Below, piece by piece: positions 31,612 through 41,329 of a DNA stretch of 64,000 nucleotides. Position numbers and translations under genes: made by a program. The DNA is taken from positions 41,835 through 105,834 of the forward strand of contig SEDO01000008.1 in assembly GCA_004211595.1 (NCBI GenBank), written 5' to 3'. Below the pieces are notes generated by a model. That model was not told where the DNA came from, made no database searches, and worked only from the letters and a program-made list of their open reading frames with translations. How positions within the stretch are numbered: position 1 is the stretch's first letter; each line of letters begins with the position of its first letter. The DNA is from Pedobacter sp. (GTDB lineage Bacteria; Bacteroidota; Bacteroidia; Sphingobacteriales; Sphingobacteriaceae).

Positions 31612-32577
31612 ATGATAAGACCTCGACGTTTACGCAAAAATCAATTGGTTAGAGATATGATTGCTGAAACCAAATTGAGCAAGGACATGTTTGTGTATCC
31701 TTATTTTGTAGTTCCGGGAACACAAATTGCCCATCCTATTGAGGCTATGCCCGGTATATCTCATTTCTCCATCGATTTATTAATCAAAGATGTTGAAAGA
31801 GGATTACAATTAGGGGTGAATAAAATTATGCTATTTGGTGTCGGTGATGAAAAATCTGCTGATGCTAAATCGGCCTACGATCCGAATTCTATTGTTCCTC
31901 AAGCTGTACGAGAATTAAAAAAGACATTTGGAGATGACCTTTATATCATCACTGATGTATGTGTATGTTCATATACCAATCATGGACACTGTGGTATTAT
32001 GCACAATGATTATATTGATAATGATTTATCGGTGGATTTAATCTCAAGGATGGCTCTTACCCATGCAGAAGCTGGAGCTGATATGTTAGCACCTTCGGAT
32101 ATGATGGATGGTCGAGTAGCTGCGATAAGAGCACGATTAGACGCACAAAATTTTGTAAATACCGGTATAATGTCACATACTACAAAATTTGCTTCTGCTT
32201 ATTACGGACCATTCCGCGAAGCAGCCGATTGTGCCCCCAATAAAGGAGATCGTAAAGCCTATCAAATGGATTTTCGAAACATAGCTGAAAGTAGGAGAGA
32301 AGCTTTTTTAGATGAGCAAGAAGGAGCTGATATTTTGATGGTGAAACCTGGTTTGGCTTATTTGGATGTAATAGCTGCGCTCAAAGCACAAAGTGATTTG
32401 CCTATAGCCTGTTATAATGTGTCGGGTGAATATTCGATGATTAAAGCCGCTGCACAACGAAATTGGATAGATGAACAAAAAGTGGTCATGGAAACCATGT
32501 ATGCTTTTGCACGTGCAGGTGCCAGTGTTATTACAACCTACCATTTACGTGATATGGTGGAAAATAAATGGATTTAA
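31612..32577 (+). CDS. hemB: Porphobilinogen synthase (ALA dehydratase)
   Basis: RPRRLR N-terminus, a Cys-rich zinc site DVCVCSYTNHGHCG, and active-site lysines (MVKPG). Confidence 0.93.
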   Translation: MIRPRRLRKNQLVRDMIAETKLSKDMFVYPYFVVPGTQIAHPIEAMPGISHFSIDLLIKDVERGLQLGVNKIMLFGVGDEKSADAKSAYDPNSIVPQAVRELKKTFGDDLYIITDVCVCSYTNHGHCGIMHNDYIDNDLSVDLISRMALTHAEAGADMLAPSDMMDGRVAAIRARLDAQNFVNTGIMSHTTKFASAYYGPFREAADCAPNKGDRKAYQMDFRNIAESRREAFLDEQEGADILMVKPGLAYLDVIAALKAQSDLPIACYNVSGEYSMIKAAAQRNWIDEQKVVMETMYAFARAGASVITTYHLRDMVENKWI

Positions 32578-32594
32578 GAAAAAAATAGCGAAAG

Positions 32595-33968
32595 ATGATG
32601 TTGAATTCAATTAAAAAAATTTTTACTTCAGAAGAGGATTATCCTTTAAATGATAAAAGTAAGGCCGATATCAGTCGTGATAAATCAGCTCAACTTTACG
32701 AGAAGGCCAAGAGGTTTTTTCCAGGAGGGGTAAATTCACCAGTGAGAGCATTTAAATCAGTTTATGGAACGCCACTTTTTATTGAAAAAGGAGAAGGATG
32801 TTATATAACAGATGCAGACGGTAATACATTTATTGATTTTTGTGGAAGTTGGGGTCCGTTAATTTTAGGCCATGCTCATCCAAAAGTTATAGAAAAAGTG
32901 AGTGAAACCATTACTCAAGGGATGAGTTTTGGAGCACCTACTGCTTTAGAAAATGAATTAGCAGAACTCATTATATCCAATAATCGTTTCGTAGAGAAAA
33001 TTAGATTCACTAGTTCCGGTACGGAGGCAGTTATGTCGGCTATTCGATTAGCAAGAGGCTATACCAAAAGGGATAAAATTATAAAATTTGAAGGTTGTTA
33101 TCACGGGCATTCCGATTCTTTATTGGTAAAGGCTGGCTCTGGATTAGTTACCTTTGGGGAAACTTCTTCAGCAGGTGTACCTACCCCCTTTGCAGCCGAA
33201 ACATTAGTATTACCCTTAGATGATAAAGAAGCATTAGAACAAGCATTCGAGCAGTTTCCTGATCAAATAGCCGCTGTTATTATAGAAGGCGTACCTGCTA
33301 ATAATGGATTATTATTGCAATCTCCGGAATACATTGAGTTTTTACGTCAAATCTGTACTACAAATGGTAGTTTATTAATATTTGACGAAGTTATAACTGG
33401 GTTTAGATTAGGTTTTGAAGGGGCTGCAGCTCACTACGGTATTACACCGGATATTGTAACTTATGGAAAGATAATAGGAGGAGGTTTACCTGTAGGGATG
33501 TATGGAGCATCTGCCGAAATTATGTCTCACATTTCTCCTGATGGTGGAGTTTACCAAGCAGGTACTTTATCAGGTAATCCTGTAGCTATGGCAGCAGGAA
33601 TAGCTACTTTAACTGAATTATTGAAGTCAGGTTTTTATAAGGATTTAAATAATAAAACGGAAGAATTTAGAGCGAGTATTCAACGCTTTGCAGATGCTCG
33701 TAATTATAAATTTAAAGTATTCGGTATAGGTTCTATTTTTTGGTTTGCTTTTACTCAACAGGAAGCTATTACAAAAGCAAGTGATATAGCTCATGAAAGC
33801 ATGGAGAAATTCAAAATCCTACATCGTGAACTTTTAAATCGAGGAATATATTTCGGTCCTTCAGGTTATGAAGTTGGATTCGTTTCTGGCGCTCATACCA
33901 AGGTGGAATTGGAAAAAGCCAAGCGGGCAATTTTTGAATCACTCGATTTAGTGTTTCAACAAAAATAA
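32595..33968 (+). CDS. hemL: Glutamate-1-semialdehyde 2,1-aminomutase
   Basis: Class-III aminotransferase with PGGVNSPVRAF and the PLP-lysine region YGKIIGGGLP. Confidence 0.93.
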   Translation: MMLNSIKKIFTSEEDYPLNDKSKADISRDKSAQLYEKAKRFFPGGVNSPVRAFKSVYGTPLFIEKGEGCYITDADGNTFIDFCGSWGPLILGHAHPKVIEKVSETITQGMSFGAPTALENELAELIISNNRFVEKIRFTSSGTEAVMSAIRLARGYTKRDKIIKFEGCYHGHSDSLLVKAGSGLVTFGETSSAGVPTPFAAETLVLPLDDKEALEQAFEQFPDQIAAVIIEGVPANNGLLLQSPEYIEFLRQICTTNGSLLIFDEVITGFRLGFEGAAAHYGITPDIVTYGKIIGGGLPVGMYGASAEIMSHISPDGGVYQAGTLSGNPVAMAAGIATLTELLKSGFYKDLNNKTEEFRASIQRFADARNYKFKVFGIGSIFWFAFTQQEAITKASDIAHESMEKFKILHRELLNRGIYFGPSGYEVGFVSGAHTKVELEKAKRAIFESLDLVFQQK

Positions 33969-33979
33969 TATTAAAAGCT

Positions 33980-34846
33980 ATGAAAAAATCACTGCTAATA
34001 TTCTATTTTCTCTTATTGTATGCTGTATTTGAAATGTTCTGGTGGGGAAAGGTTGTTATAGAGCTAGAACCCAGTAGGATGGCTATGATACTGGGAGAAG
34101 GGGCAGTGTTTTTATTTTTATTAGGTGTGGGGGCATATTTTATTCACGACTCTATTCGCCGGGAGGAACGATTTAAAGAAAGACAACAAAATTTTTTAAT
34201 GTCGGTTACCCATGAATTAAAGTCTCCTTTAGCCGCCATTAAATTGTCAGTTCAAACGATTATGAAACGAGACTTGGAAAAGTCTATGCAATTATCCCTT
34301 TTAGGAAACTCCCTGAAGGATATTGAACGATTGGATGATTTAGTTGAGAATATGTTATTAGCCACTAAAATTGAAAGCAGAACTTATTCCTTTCCAAAGG
34401 AAGATTTTGATTTTTCAGACTTAGTGAATCGGGTGACTGAAAGGTTACAAGTTCACTCCTGTGGTGATCAACAATTAATAAAGGTAGATGTAGAACCAGG
34501 CATCTCCATTCACGGCGATAAATTTGCTTTATCCTCTGTAGTGACTAACTTAGTAGAAAATGCGGTAAAATACTCTGGCCCTTGTGCCGAAGTATCAGTT
34601 AAACTTTGTCAAATTGACAGTCATCCTGTTTTAGTCGTTTCTGATAAAGGAATGGGTATTCCAGATAAAGAAAAGATGCTAATTTTTGATAAATTTTACC
34701 GTGTGGGTGATGAAAATGTGAGAAAATCAAAGGGTACAGGACTTGGCTTGTTTATTGTTAAAGAAGTATTACAAAGTCACAATGCTGATATCAGCGTGAA
34801 AGATAATGTACCTCATGGTGCTATTTTTGAAGTAACATTTAATTAA
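33980..34846 (+). CDS. Sensor histidine kinase (two TM helices, minimal external loop)
   Basis: H-box SVTHELKSPLAAI, N-box NLVENAVKYS and G-boxes DKGMGI / GTGLGL. It starts 12 nt after hemL. Confidence 0.87.
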   Translation: MKKSLLIFYFLLLYAVFEMFWWGKVVIELEPSRMAMILGEGAVFLFLLGVGAYFIHDSIRREERFKERQQNFLMSVTHELKSPLAAIKLSVQTIMKRDLEKSMQLSLLGNSLKDIERLDDLVENMLLATKIESRTYSFPKEDFDFSDLVNRVTERLQVHSCGDQQLIKVDVEPGISIHGDKFALSSVVTNLVENAVKYSGPCAEVSVKLCQIDSHPVLVVSDKGMGIPDKEKMLIFDKFYRVGDENVRKSKGTGLGLFIVKEVLQSHNADISVKDNVPHGAIFEVTFN

Positions 34847-34848
34847 GT

Positions 34849-35556
34849 ATGTCACAAAAAGTAAGAGTATTATTGGTCGAAGATGAAGACCATTTATTAG
34901 ACGCCATCAAATTAAATCTAGAGCTCGAAGGATATAAAGTGCACGCTGTAAAAGATGGAAAAACAGCCTTAAAAGTTTTTAAAGAAGAACGTTTCAATTT
35001 AATCATATTAGATGTCATGTTACCAGAAATGGATGGCTTTCAGGTATGCGAAACTATTCGTTTAGAAAATACAGAAGTGCCAATATTATTTTTAACCGCT
35101 AAAAACACCTCGGAAGATAGGGTAATGGGTTTAAAAAAGGGGGCCGATGATTATTTGGTAAAACCTTTTAACCTAGAAGAATTGATTTTGAGAGTGGGTA
35201 TTTTAGTTAAGCGAAGTTTAAAACCCGACGATTTAAAAGAATTAAATTCTTATAAAATTGGCGATAAAACTATTTATTTCAATTCTTTTGAATTGAAACA
35301 AGATGATGGAACTGTAGTGCCGTTAACTAAAAAGGAAACGATGCTTTTAAAACTCTTAATTGAGCGTAAAAATGAAGCCGTATCGAGAGAACAAATATTA
35401 GAAACGGTATGGAATTATGATGTATATCCATCTACCCGAACCATCGATAATTTTATCCTCACCTTTAGAAAATACTTTGAGCCTGATCAAAAAAATCCTG
35501 TTTATTTTCATTCAATTAGAGGGGTTGGGTATAAATTTACAGATATCCAAGGGTAA
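34849..35556 (+). CDS. OmpR/PhoB-family response regulator
   Basis: Receiver domain (LLVEDE, phospho-acceptor ILDVMLP, conserved K in LVKPF) plus a winged-helix output domain (RGVGYKF). Confidence 0.9.
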   Translation: MSQKVRVLLVEDEDHLLDAIKLNLELEGYKVHAVKDGKTALKVFKEERFNLIILDVMLPEMDGFQVCETIRLENTEVPILFLTAKNTSEDRVMGLKKGADDYLVKPFNLEELILRVGILVKRSLKPDDLKELNSYKIGDKTIYFNSFELKQDDGTVVPLTKKETMLLKLLIERKNEAVSREQILETVWNYDVYPSTRTIDNFILTFRKYFEPDQKNPVYFHSIRGVGYKFTDIQG

Positions 35557-36074
35557 TGTTTAGCGCAAAAGGAAGATATATTTTTATGGGCCTCTTTGTG
35601 CTGGCGATTGTGGTTTGTCTTTATTACAGACAATATCAGCTTGCAAGTATTGGGGTTTTATTTTTGGGCTTTATTGTGTGGGCACACTATAAGCATAGCT
35701 CGGTATTATTAGCTTCCAAGTATTTTAAAAATCAGGAATATGAATATACGGCCTATTATTTAAATGAGGTGCCTAACCCTAATCTATTAGCTGCAAGTCG
35801 TAGAGGCTACTATGAGTTTATGCTAGCTAATATCGCCTTGAAGGAGGAAGATTTTAATAAGGCAGAATATCATTTTCAAATTGCATCTAGATTTCCATTA
35901 GGAGGGAAAAATGATAAGGCCTTCGTGTTAATTCATCTTGCTAATATTGCCTTACGTAATAAGGATGCTGAAAGAGCGAGAGCCTATATAGAAAAAGCCA
36001 AAGAATTAGCGGTTAGTAACCGTGCTCAAGATATTATTAAAATTATAGAGAAAGAAGTCAATCAATTGACTTAA
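35556..36074 (+). CDS. Membrane-anchored TPR-like protein
   Basis: Two N-terminal TM helices followed by TPR-like repeats (KAEYHFQIA..., ARAYIEKAKEL). Its ATG shares 1 nt with the response-regulator stop codon. Confidence 0.5.
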   Translation: MFSAKGRYIFMGLFVLAIVVCLYYRQYQLASIGVLFLGFIVWAHYKHSSVLLASKYFKNQEYEYTAYYLNEVPNPNLLAASRRGYYEFMLANIALKEEDFNKAEYHFQIASRFPLGGKNDKAFVLIHLANIALRNKDAERARAYIEKAKELAVSNRAQDIIKIIEKEVNQLT

Positions 36075-36080
36075 CGTATT

Positions 36081-37106
36081 ATGGAGAACAATTTATTTTT
36101 AGACGCTGCCTTTTCAAAACCTACCCAACGCCCACCAGTATGGATGATGCGACAAGCCGGAAGGTTTATGCCTGAATACTGGGAAATCAAAAACAAATAT
36201 TCCTTTTTGGAAATGTGCAAAACTCCTGAAATAGCGGCAGATGTAACGATGTTACCTGTGGACTTATTAGGAATAGATGCAGCCATCTTATTTAGCGATA
36301 TTCTGGTAACAGGAGAAGCTATGGGTGGAGATTTAAGTTTTACTCAAGGGGTAGGACCTAAATTTGCAAACCCCGTGCGTACAGCTGCTGATATAGACCG
36401 TTTAGAAACTAATGTTTTAGATCGTTTGCAATATGTTGCTGATGCTATAAAAGTTATCCAACAACGTTTAAATGGCAGCATTCCCTTAATAGGTTTTGCT
36501 GGTGCTCCATTTACGGTGATGAGCTATTTGATTGAAGGGGGATCTTCAAAAGACTTTAAACTCACTAAATTATTTATACATAATCAACCAGCATTAGCAC
36601 ATCGTTTATTAAGTAAAATAGCCACTGTAACTACAGCCTATTTAAATATGCAAATAGAAGCTGGAGTTAATGCAATTCAACTTTTTGATTCATGGGCTTT
36701 AGCCTTGTCTTGGAATGATTATAGAGATTTTTCACACCAATATAATCAACAAATTTTAGCAGGCTTAAACCGTGAAAATGTGCCATTAATATCTTTCTGT
36801 AAAGGAAGCTCTGTCTTTGCACCTTTAATGGCCGAGGCTAAACCAGACGTAATTTCAATTGATTGGAATGCCGATTTAAAGAATATTAAACAAAGCTTAC
36901 CAGCAGGAATAGCCGTGCAAGGCAACTTAGATCCATTTATTCTATATGCAGAAAAACCTGTTATTAAAAAATACATTCTAGACTTATTCGAAAGAATGCG
37001 TGGAGAACAAGGATTTATTTTTAACTTAGGCCATGGCATTATGCCTGATATTCCATTCAGTAACGTAAAATACGCAATTGAAGTGGTAAAAGATTTTAAA
37101 TATTAG
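36081..37106 (+). CDS. hemE: Uroporphyrinogen decarboxylase
   Basis: PPVWMMRQAGRFMPEY signature at the N-terminus, and full-length URO-D. Confidence 0.93.
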   Translation: MENNLFLDAAFSKPTQRPPVWMMRQAGRFMPEYWEIKNKYSFLEMCKTPEIAADVTMLPVDLLGIDAAILFSDILVTGEAMGGDLSFTQGVGPKFANPVRTAADIDRLETNVLDRLQYVADAIKVIQQRLNGSIPLIGFAGAPFTVMSYLIEGGSSKDFKLTKLFIHNQPALAHRLLSKIATVTTAYLNMQIEAGVNAIQLFDSWALALSWNDYRDFSHQYNQQILAGLNRENVPLISFCKGSSVFAPLMAEAKPDVISIDWNADLKNIKQSLPAGIAVQGNLDPFILYAEKPVIKKYILDLFERMRGEQGFIFNLGHGIMPDIPFSNVKYAIEVVKDFKY

Positions 37107-37133
37107 GATAAACTCAACCTAAGTAAAAGGCAT

Positions 37134-37682
37134 ATGGAAGCCTATTATAGCTACGTACTTGCTGTACACATTATATTTGTTGTCAGTTGGATGGCCGGAC
37201 TCTTTTATGGGGTGCGGCTTTTCATCTATCATACTGAATCTAATTTAAAGCCTGAACCTGAACGCAGTATTCTACTCAAAGAATATGCTAAAATTACGGC
37301 TCGCCTTTGGAATATTATCACCATTCCAGCCATGGTATTAACCCTATTGGCTGGCCTTACCATGCTCTATATCATGCCTAATTGGTTAAACCAAAGTTGG
37401 ATGCATGTAAAGTTGGCCTTTGTAATAGGTTTAGTGGTTTATCACTTTATTTGTCAAAGAATACTCAAACAGCTTCGAGCGGGCGTATTTAAATGGAGCT
37501 CTAATCAATTGCGCTTATGGAATGAAGTAGCTACCATTATATTAGTAGCCATCGTGTTTACGGTAGTTTTAAAATCAGCTATGCATTGGATTTATGGTTT
37601 AGTCGGATTATTAATGTTTTCCATCCTTATAATGACAGCTGTAAAAATCTATAAAAGATATCGCGAAAAAAATGAAAATTAA
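37134..37682 (+). CDS. hemJ: HemJ-type protoporphyrinogen IX oxidase (UPF0093 family)
   Basis: The N-terminus ...HIIFVVSWMAGLFYGVRLFIYH resembles the HemJ/slr1790-family signature. It has about 4-5 TM helices and follows hemE. Confidence 0.72.
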   Translation: MEAYYSYVLAVHIIFVVSWMAGLFYGVRLFIYHTESNLKPEPERSILLKEYAKITARLWNIITIPAMVLTLLAGLTMLYIMPNWLNQSWMHVKLAFVIGLVVYHFICQRILKQLRAGVFKWSSNQLRLWNEVATIILVAIVFTVVLKSAMHWIYGLVGLLMFSILIMTAVKIYKRYREKNEN

Positions 37683-38838
37683 AAAGTTGCAGTTTTTTTT
37701 AAGCTTCATATTGGGATGTTTCGGCAACTCGCTTTGGGCTCAAGAAGCTGTAAATTTTAATCCGAACACTTATTCCATAAACCATTATTTTAATCATATA
37801 TCAAGGCCTGCTGATAGTTTAACTGGCCGCTTAGATCTGGGCATTCATAGCTTTAATTATTTTAGGAATTACGAATATTCCAATAAATTTCATGATGGTT
37901 ATACCTTATATGGATCCCAACTTGAAGCAAATTTAAATTATTACGCACATGCCAATTTATTACTCACTATTGGCGTTAATGCGCAAAAAGATTTTGGTCA
38001 AAGGGGATTTCATGAAATACTTCCCATCATAAAACTCACTTATACCAGAAAAGATTTAAGCTTAATATTTGGCCAAATTGAAGGAAATGTGGCGCAAGGT
38101 TATATAGAACCCCTACAAAATTTAGAGTCTAAAATTAATCAGCCAGTACAATATGGTACGCAACTCAAAATCCAAAAACCAAGCTATAGTTTAGATGCCT
38201 GGATTTCATGGCAAAAAATGATATACCCCAGAGATTCCCTGAAAGAGGAAATATTAGGAGGAATATTATTTGAACCCCTCATCATTAAACAGGGGCGCCA
38301 TCAACTGAGTATACCACTTCAAATTATTGCTTATCATAAAGGGGGACAAATTGATGTTATTAAAGATGTTCCCTTAAGTACCTTGAGTAATTCAACGATT
38401 GGTTTTAAATATCATTATTTAATGCCAGGACGGATTAAAAGGCTATACACTGAAAATTATGGCGTGTTTTTTAAAGATTTCTCGCCTCAGAAGCAATTAG
38501 CTTATAAGGCGGGTACAGGTATATATTTAAATGCTGGCTTACAGGCAACATGGGGTAACCTACAAGCATCCTATTGGCACGCTAACAGTTATTTGAGTAT
38601 TCAAGGCATGCCTTTATTTCAATCTTATTCTAATACCGTCCATAATGCAGGCTATACTGAAAAAAACAGAGAATTATTGTTACTTCAATACAGTTATCAA
38701 AAGCAACTATTACCTAATTTCTATTTAGACCTCAGATTTGAACCCTTTTTTGACTTTAATAATAAGGCGAAAAATTTACAATTTAATCATTCTGTTTTTA
38801 TCAGTTATAAAACGAATTTCAAACTACATCAGAAGTAA
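37672..38838 (+). CDS. Hypothetical secreted, probably outer-membrane beta-rich protein
   Basis: Signal peptide (...GNSLWAQE) and a Tyr/Asn/Gly-rich alternating pattern. It overlaps hemJ by 11 nt. Confidence 0.55.
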   Translation: MKIKKLQFFLSFILGCFGNSLWAQEAVNFNPNTYSINHYFNHISRPADSLTGRLDLGIHSFNYFRNYEYSNKFHDGYTLYGSQLEANLNYYAHANLLLTIGVNAQKDFGQRGFHEILPIIKLTYTRKDLSLIFGQIEGNVAQGYIEPLQNLESKINQPVQYGTQLKIQKPSYSLDAWISWQKMIYPRDSLKEEILGGILFEPLIIKQGRHQLSIPLQIIAYHKGGQIDVIKDVPLSTLSNSTIGFKYHYLMPGRIKRLYTENYGVFFKDFSPQKQLAYKAGTGIYLNAGLQATWGNLQASYWHANSYLSIQGMPLFQSYSNTVHNAGYTEKNRELLLLQYSYQKQLLPNFYLDLRFEPFFDFNNKAKNLQFNHSVFISYKTNFKLHQK

Positions 38839-38951
38839 CCATTAAGTGTAGATTTCGGCGGTTTTCATCGAAGGCAAAAAAAAATAAAAAAAGTTACATT
38901 CAGGTGCAACCTTTTTTACAAAAGCTTCATCTACCTAATACAAACAAACAA

Positions 38952-39518
38952 ATGGGGAAAGCAACGTTTACAATAGAAGATTTATTGCCAGGCTGTAAAG
39001 CCGGTAAACGGGAGGCGCAAGAAATGCTTTATAGAGCAACCGCTTCCAAAATGATGGCTGTTTGTATGCGCTATGCTAAAGATCAAATGGAAGCAGAGGA
39101 TGTTTTACAAGTAGCCTATATAAAAATATTTCAAAAGGTATCGGAATATAGAGGCGAAGGTTCCTTTGAAGGTTGGATTCGTAGAATAGTGGTTAATACA
39201 GCGATTGAAAGCTATCGTAAGAATTTGAGAATGTTAAATGTAGTAAATATTGAGGATGCCCCAGAAGTAGCAGCTACTTCTGCAGATTACAGTAGTTTAG
39301 GCATGAAAGATTTGTTACGCATCATTCAAAAACTTGCTGATGGATATAGAATGGTATTTAATATGTATGTAATTGAAGGCTACTCCCATAAAGAAATAGC
39401 CGCTACATTAGGCATCACAGAAGGTGCGAGTAAATCCCAATTATCAAGAGCAAGAGCAATATTGCAACAAGAAATTATTAAAATGGAGAGCTATCAATAT
39501 GGTACCAATGTCGGATAA
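38952..39518 (+). CDS. ECF-type RNA polymerase sigma-70 factor
   Basis: Region 2 (EDVLQVAYIKIF..., GSFEGWIRRIVVNTAIESYR) and region 4 HTH (GYSHKEIAATLGITEGASKSQLSRAR). The ATG at 38952 is preferred over the GTG at 38904. Confidence 0.87.
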   Translation: MGKATFTIEDLLPGCKAGKREAQEMLYRATASKMMAVCMRYAKDQMEAEDVLQVAYIKIFQKVSEYRGEGSFEGWIRRIVVNTAIESYRKNLRMLNVVNIEDAPEVAATSADYSSLGMKDLLRIIQKLADGYRMVFNMYVIEGYSHKEIAATLGITEGASKSQLSRARAILQQEIIKMESYQYGTNVG

Positions 39519-40290
39519 AGAATTAGATAATTTGTTTAAAAGCAAATTTGAGGATGCAGAATTTGCACCTTCCGAGGCCCTATGGGGAAAAATTGAAAAG
39601 CAGTTGGAAAAACCTAAAAAGCGCACCTACCCCATATTTTGGATGGCAGCTGCCAGTGTTACCCTGACTGTGGGAAGTTTCTTTATGTTGGAGAAAACAG
39701 ATAAAATGCAACTCTATGCCGAAACCCAAAATGTGAAAAGGATAAAAGAGATCGTTTCAAATGTAGAAGAGCCAGTAAAATATAATAGTTCACCAATGCA
39801 AGCTCCTGACGAAATGGACGAAACTACTACAAAAGTTACTCCAGTGGTTTTAGCTAAGCAAAGCTCAACATCTGCTACGATTGATAAAACGAATGCTAAA
39901 AGAGCAGGTTTAACGGAAGCTTTAAATGCTGAACCAACCATGCAAATAGCGAAAAATGAAAATATTTCAAATAGCGTGCAACCAATCGAAAACACTCGCC
40001 GTCTAGATAATACAAACCCAGAGGTAATTAATAATAATTCAAGACCTACGCAATTGGGATTAACCGATGAACAACCTAATGCTATTAAAACAGAATTTGC
40101 TTTAGCTGCTCATGATGCCGACGGGGAGGATAGAAAGGTTATTAAAAATGTGGGAGACTTAGTCAATTTTGTAGTTGATAAAGTAGATAAGAGAGACCAA
40201 AAGTTTTTAAAGTTTTCTCCGGATGATGATGATAGCATGCGATTAGTAGGAATTAACATCGGCCTGCTCAAATGGAATAAAAAGAAATAG
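39499..40290 (+). CDS. Putative anti-sigma/membrane protein partnered with the ECF sigma
   Basis: Short cytoplasmic N-terminus, one TM helix (IFWMAAASVTLTVGSFFML) and a low-complexity exterior. Its start (39499 or 39508) overlaps the sigma gene end. Confidence 0.5.
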   Translation: MVPMSDKELDNLFKSKFEDAEFAPSEALWGKIEKQLEKPKKRTYPIFWMAAASVTLTVGSFFMLEKTDKMQLYAETQNVKRIKEIVSNVEEPVKYNSSPMQAPDEMDETTTKVTPVVLAKQSSTSATIDKTNAKRAGLTEALNAEPTMQIAKNENISNSVQPIENTRRLDNTNPEVINNNSRPTQLGLTDEQPNAIKTEFALAAHDADGEDRKVIKNVGDLVNFVVDKVDKRDQKFLKFSPDDDDSMRLVGINIGLLKWNKKK

Positions 40291-40320
40291 TTTAAACAAA
40301 TAAATAGTTACTCAATAGAA

Positions 40321-40378
40321 AATTAACACACCTAAACCTAATTAACACACCTAAACCTAATTAACACACAATAAACCA
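40321..40378. repeat. 19-bp direct tandem repeat x3 (two perfect copies, third degenerate)
   Basis: AATTAACACACCTAAACCT occurs at 40321-40339 and 40340-40358, followed by AATTAACACACAATAAACC. The repeat ends 16 nt before the OMP gene ATG. Confidence 0.9.
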
Positions 40379-40393
40379 ATAATAATTAAGAAG

Positions 40394-41188
40394 ATGAAAG
40401 CGCAAATATTTAAATCAACCCTAGTTTTAGCAGTTAGTCTATTAAGTTTTTCAGCTGTTAAAGCTCAAGATGCCTATGTAAATGATAAACCGGTTAAGGA
40501 GGAATCTTCAACAATTCGTATCCGATTTAGTTCTAATAATGATACGGCCAGTTCAGAATTTAAGCCAAAATTTGTAGGGGGTATTTCCTTTACGCGCTTT
40601 GACTTAGGGTTCACAAAATTAGTAGACAATGGGTCTTATGATTTATCAGCAACCAACAACTTTTTAAAATATCAAGGTGGAAAATCTAGTCACTTATCCT
40701 TTGATGTAGTAGATTTCGGTTACCGTTTTTCACAAAACTTTAAAGTCTATGTTGCGGGAGGATTTGATTGGACATTAATTCGTTTGAAAAACAATATAAC
40801 GATGGATAAAAATAGCCCAACCTTAAGTTATACCCAAGAAACTATTGATTTTAAGAAGAACAGATTTTCTAGTAGCTATTTACATGTTCCTTTAAACTTT
40901 GAGTTTAGAACAAACAAAGATAAAAAAGGAAATAGATTCTATTTTGTCGTAGGTCCTGAAGTGGCCTTCCTATTAAATGGAAAAGTTAAACAAGTAAGTA
41001 ATGAACATGGAAAAGTGAAATTCAAAGATGATTATAATTTTTCAACTCTTAGATATGGAGCCAGTGCACGTATCGGATGGAAAGATGTAGCAGCTTTTGT
41101 AAAAGTATACAACTCAGATATGTTTAATACAGACGCTCAAAAAGGTTTAAAAAATATGGCTTTTGGCCTAACCTTCGGAATAAACTAA
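40394..41188 (+). CDS. Outer-membrane beta-barrel protein (PorT/OprF-N-like small barrel)
   Basis: Signal peptide (...SAVKAQD), alternating beta-strand pattern, and C-terminal ...AFGLTFGIN. Confidence 0.7.
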   Translation: MKAQIFKSTLVLAVSLLSFSAVKAQDAYVNDKPVKEESSTIRIRFSSNNDTASSEFKPKFVGGISFTRFDLGFTKLVDNGSYDLSATNNFLKYQGGKSSHLSFDVVDFGYRFSQNFKVYVAGGFDWTLIRLKNNITMDKNSPTLSYTQETIDFKKNRFSSSYLHVPLNFEFRTNKDKKGNRFYFVVGPEVAFLLNGKVKQVSNEHGKVKFKDDYNFSTLRYGASARIGWKDVAAFVKVYNSDMFNTDAQKGLKNMAFGLTFGIN

Positions 41189-41285
41189 TAGGCTCCAAAA
41201 TTCATCATAACATACGCATCTACCTATAATAAACATCTATAAATTAATAAAACTAAAGATTCTTACTACACACAAATGAATCTGC

Positions 41286-41319
41286 ATCCTGGGGAGCTTG
41301 CCTCCCCAGGATTTTTTTT
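41286..41319 (+). terminator. Rho-independent terminator after the OMP gene
   Basis: 11-bp perfect stem ATCCTGGGGAG / CTCCCCAGGAT with loop CTTGC, followed by T8. It lies inside the 5' part of the track ORF that starts at 41276. Confidence 0.85.
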
Positions 41320-41329
41320 ATCTTTGAAA

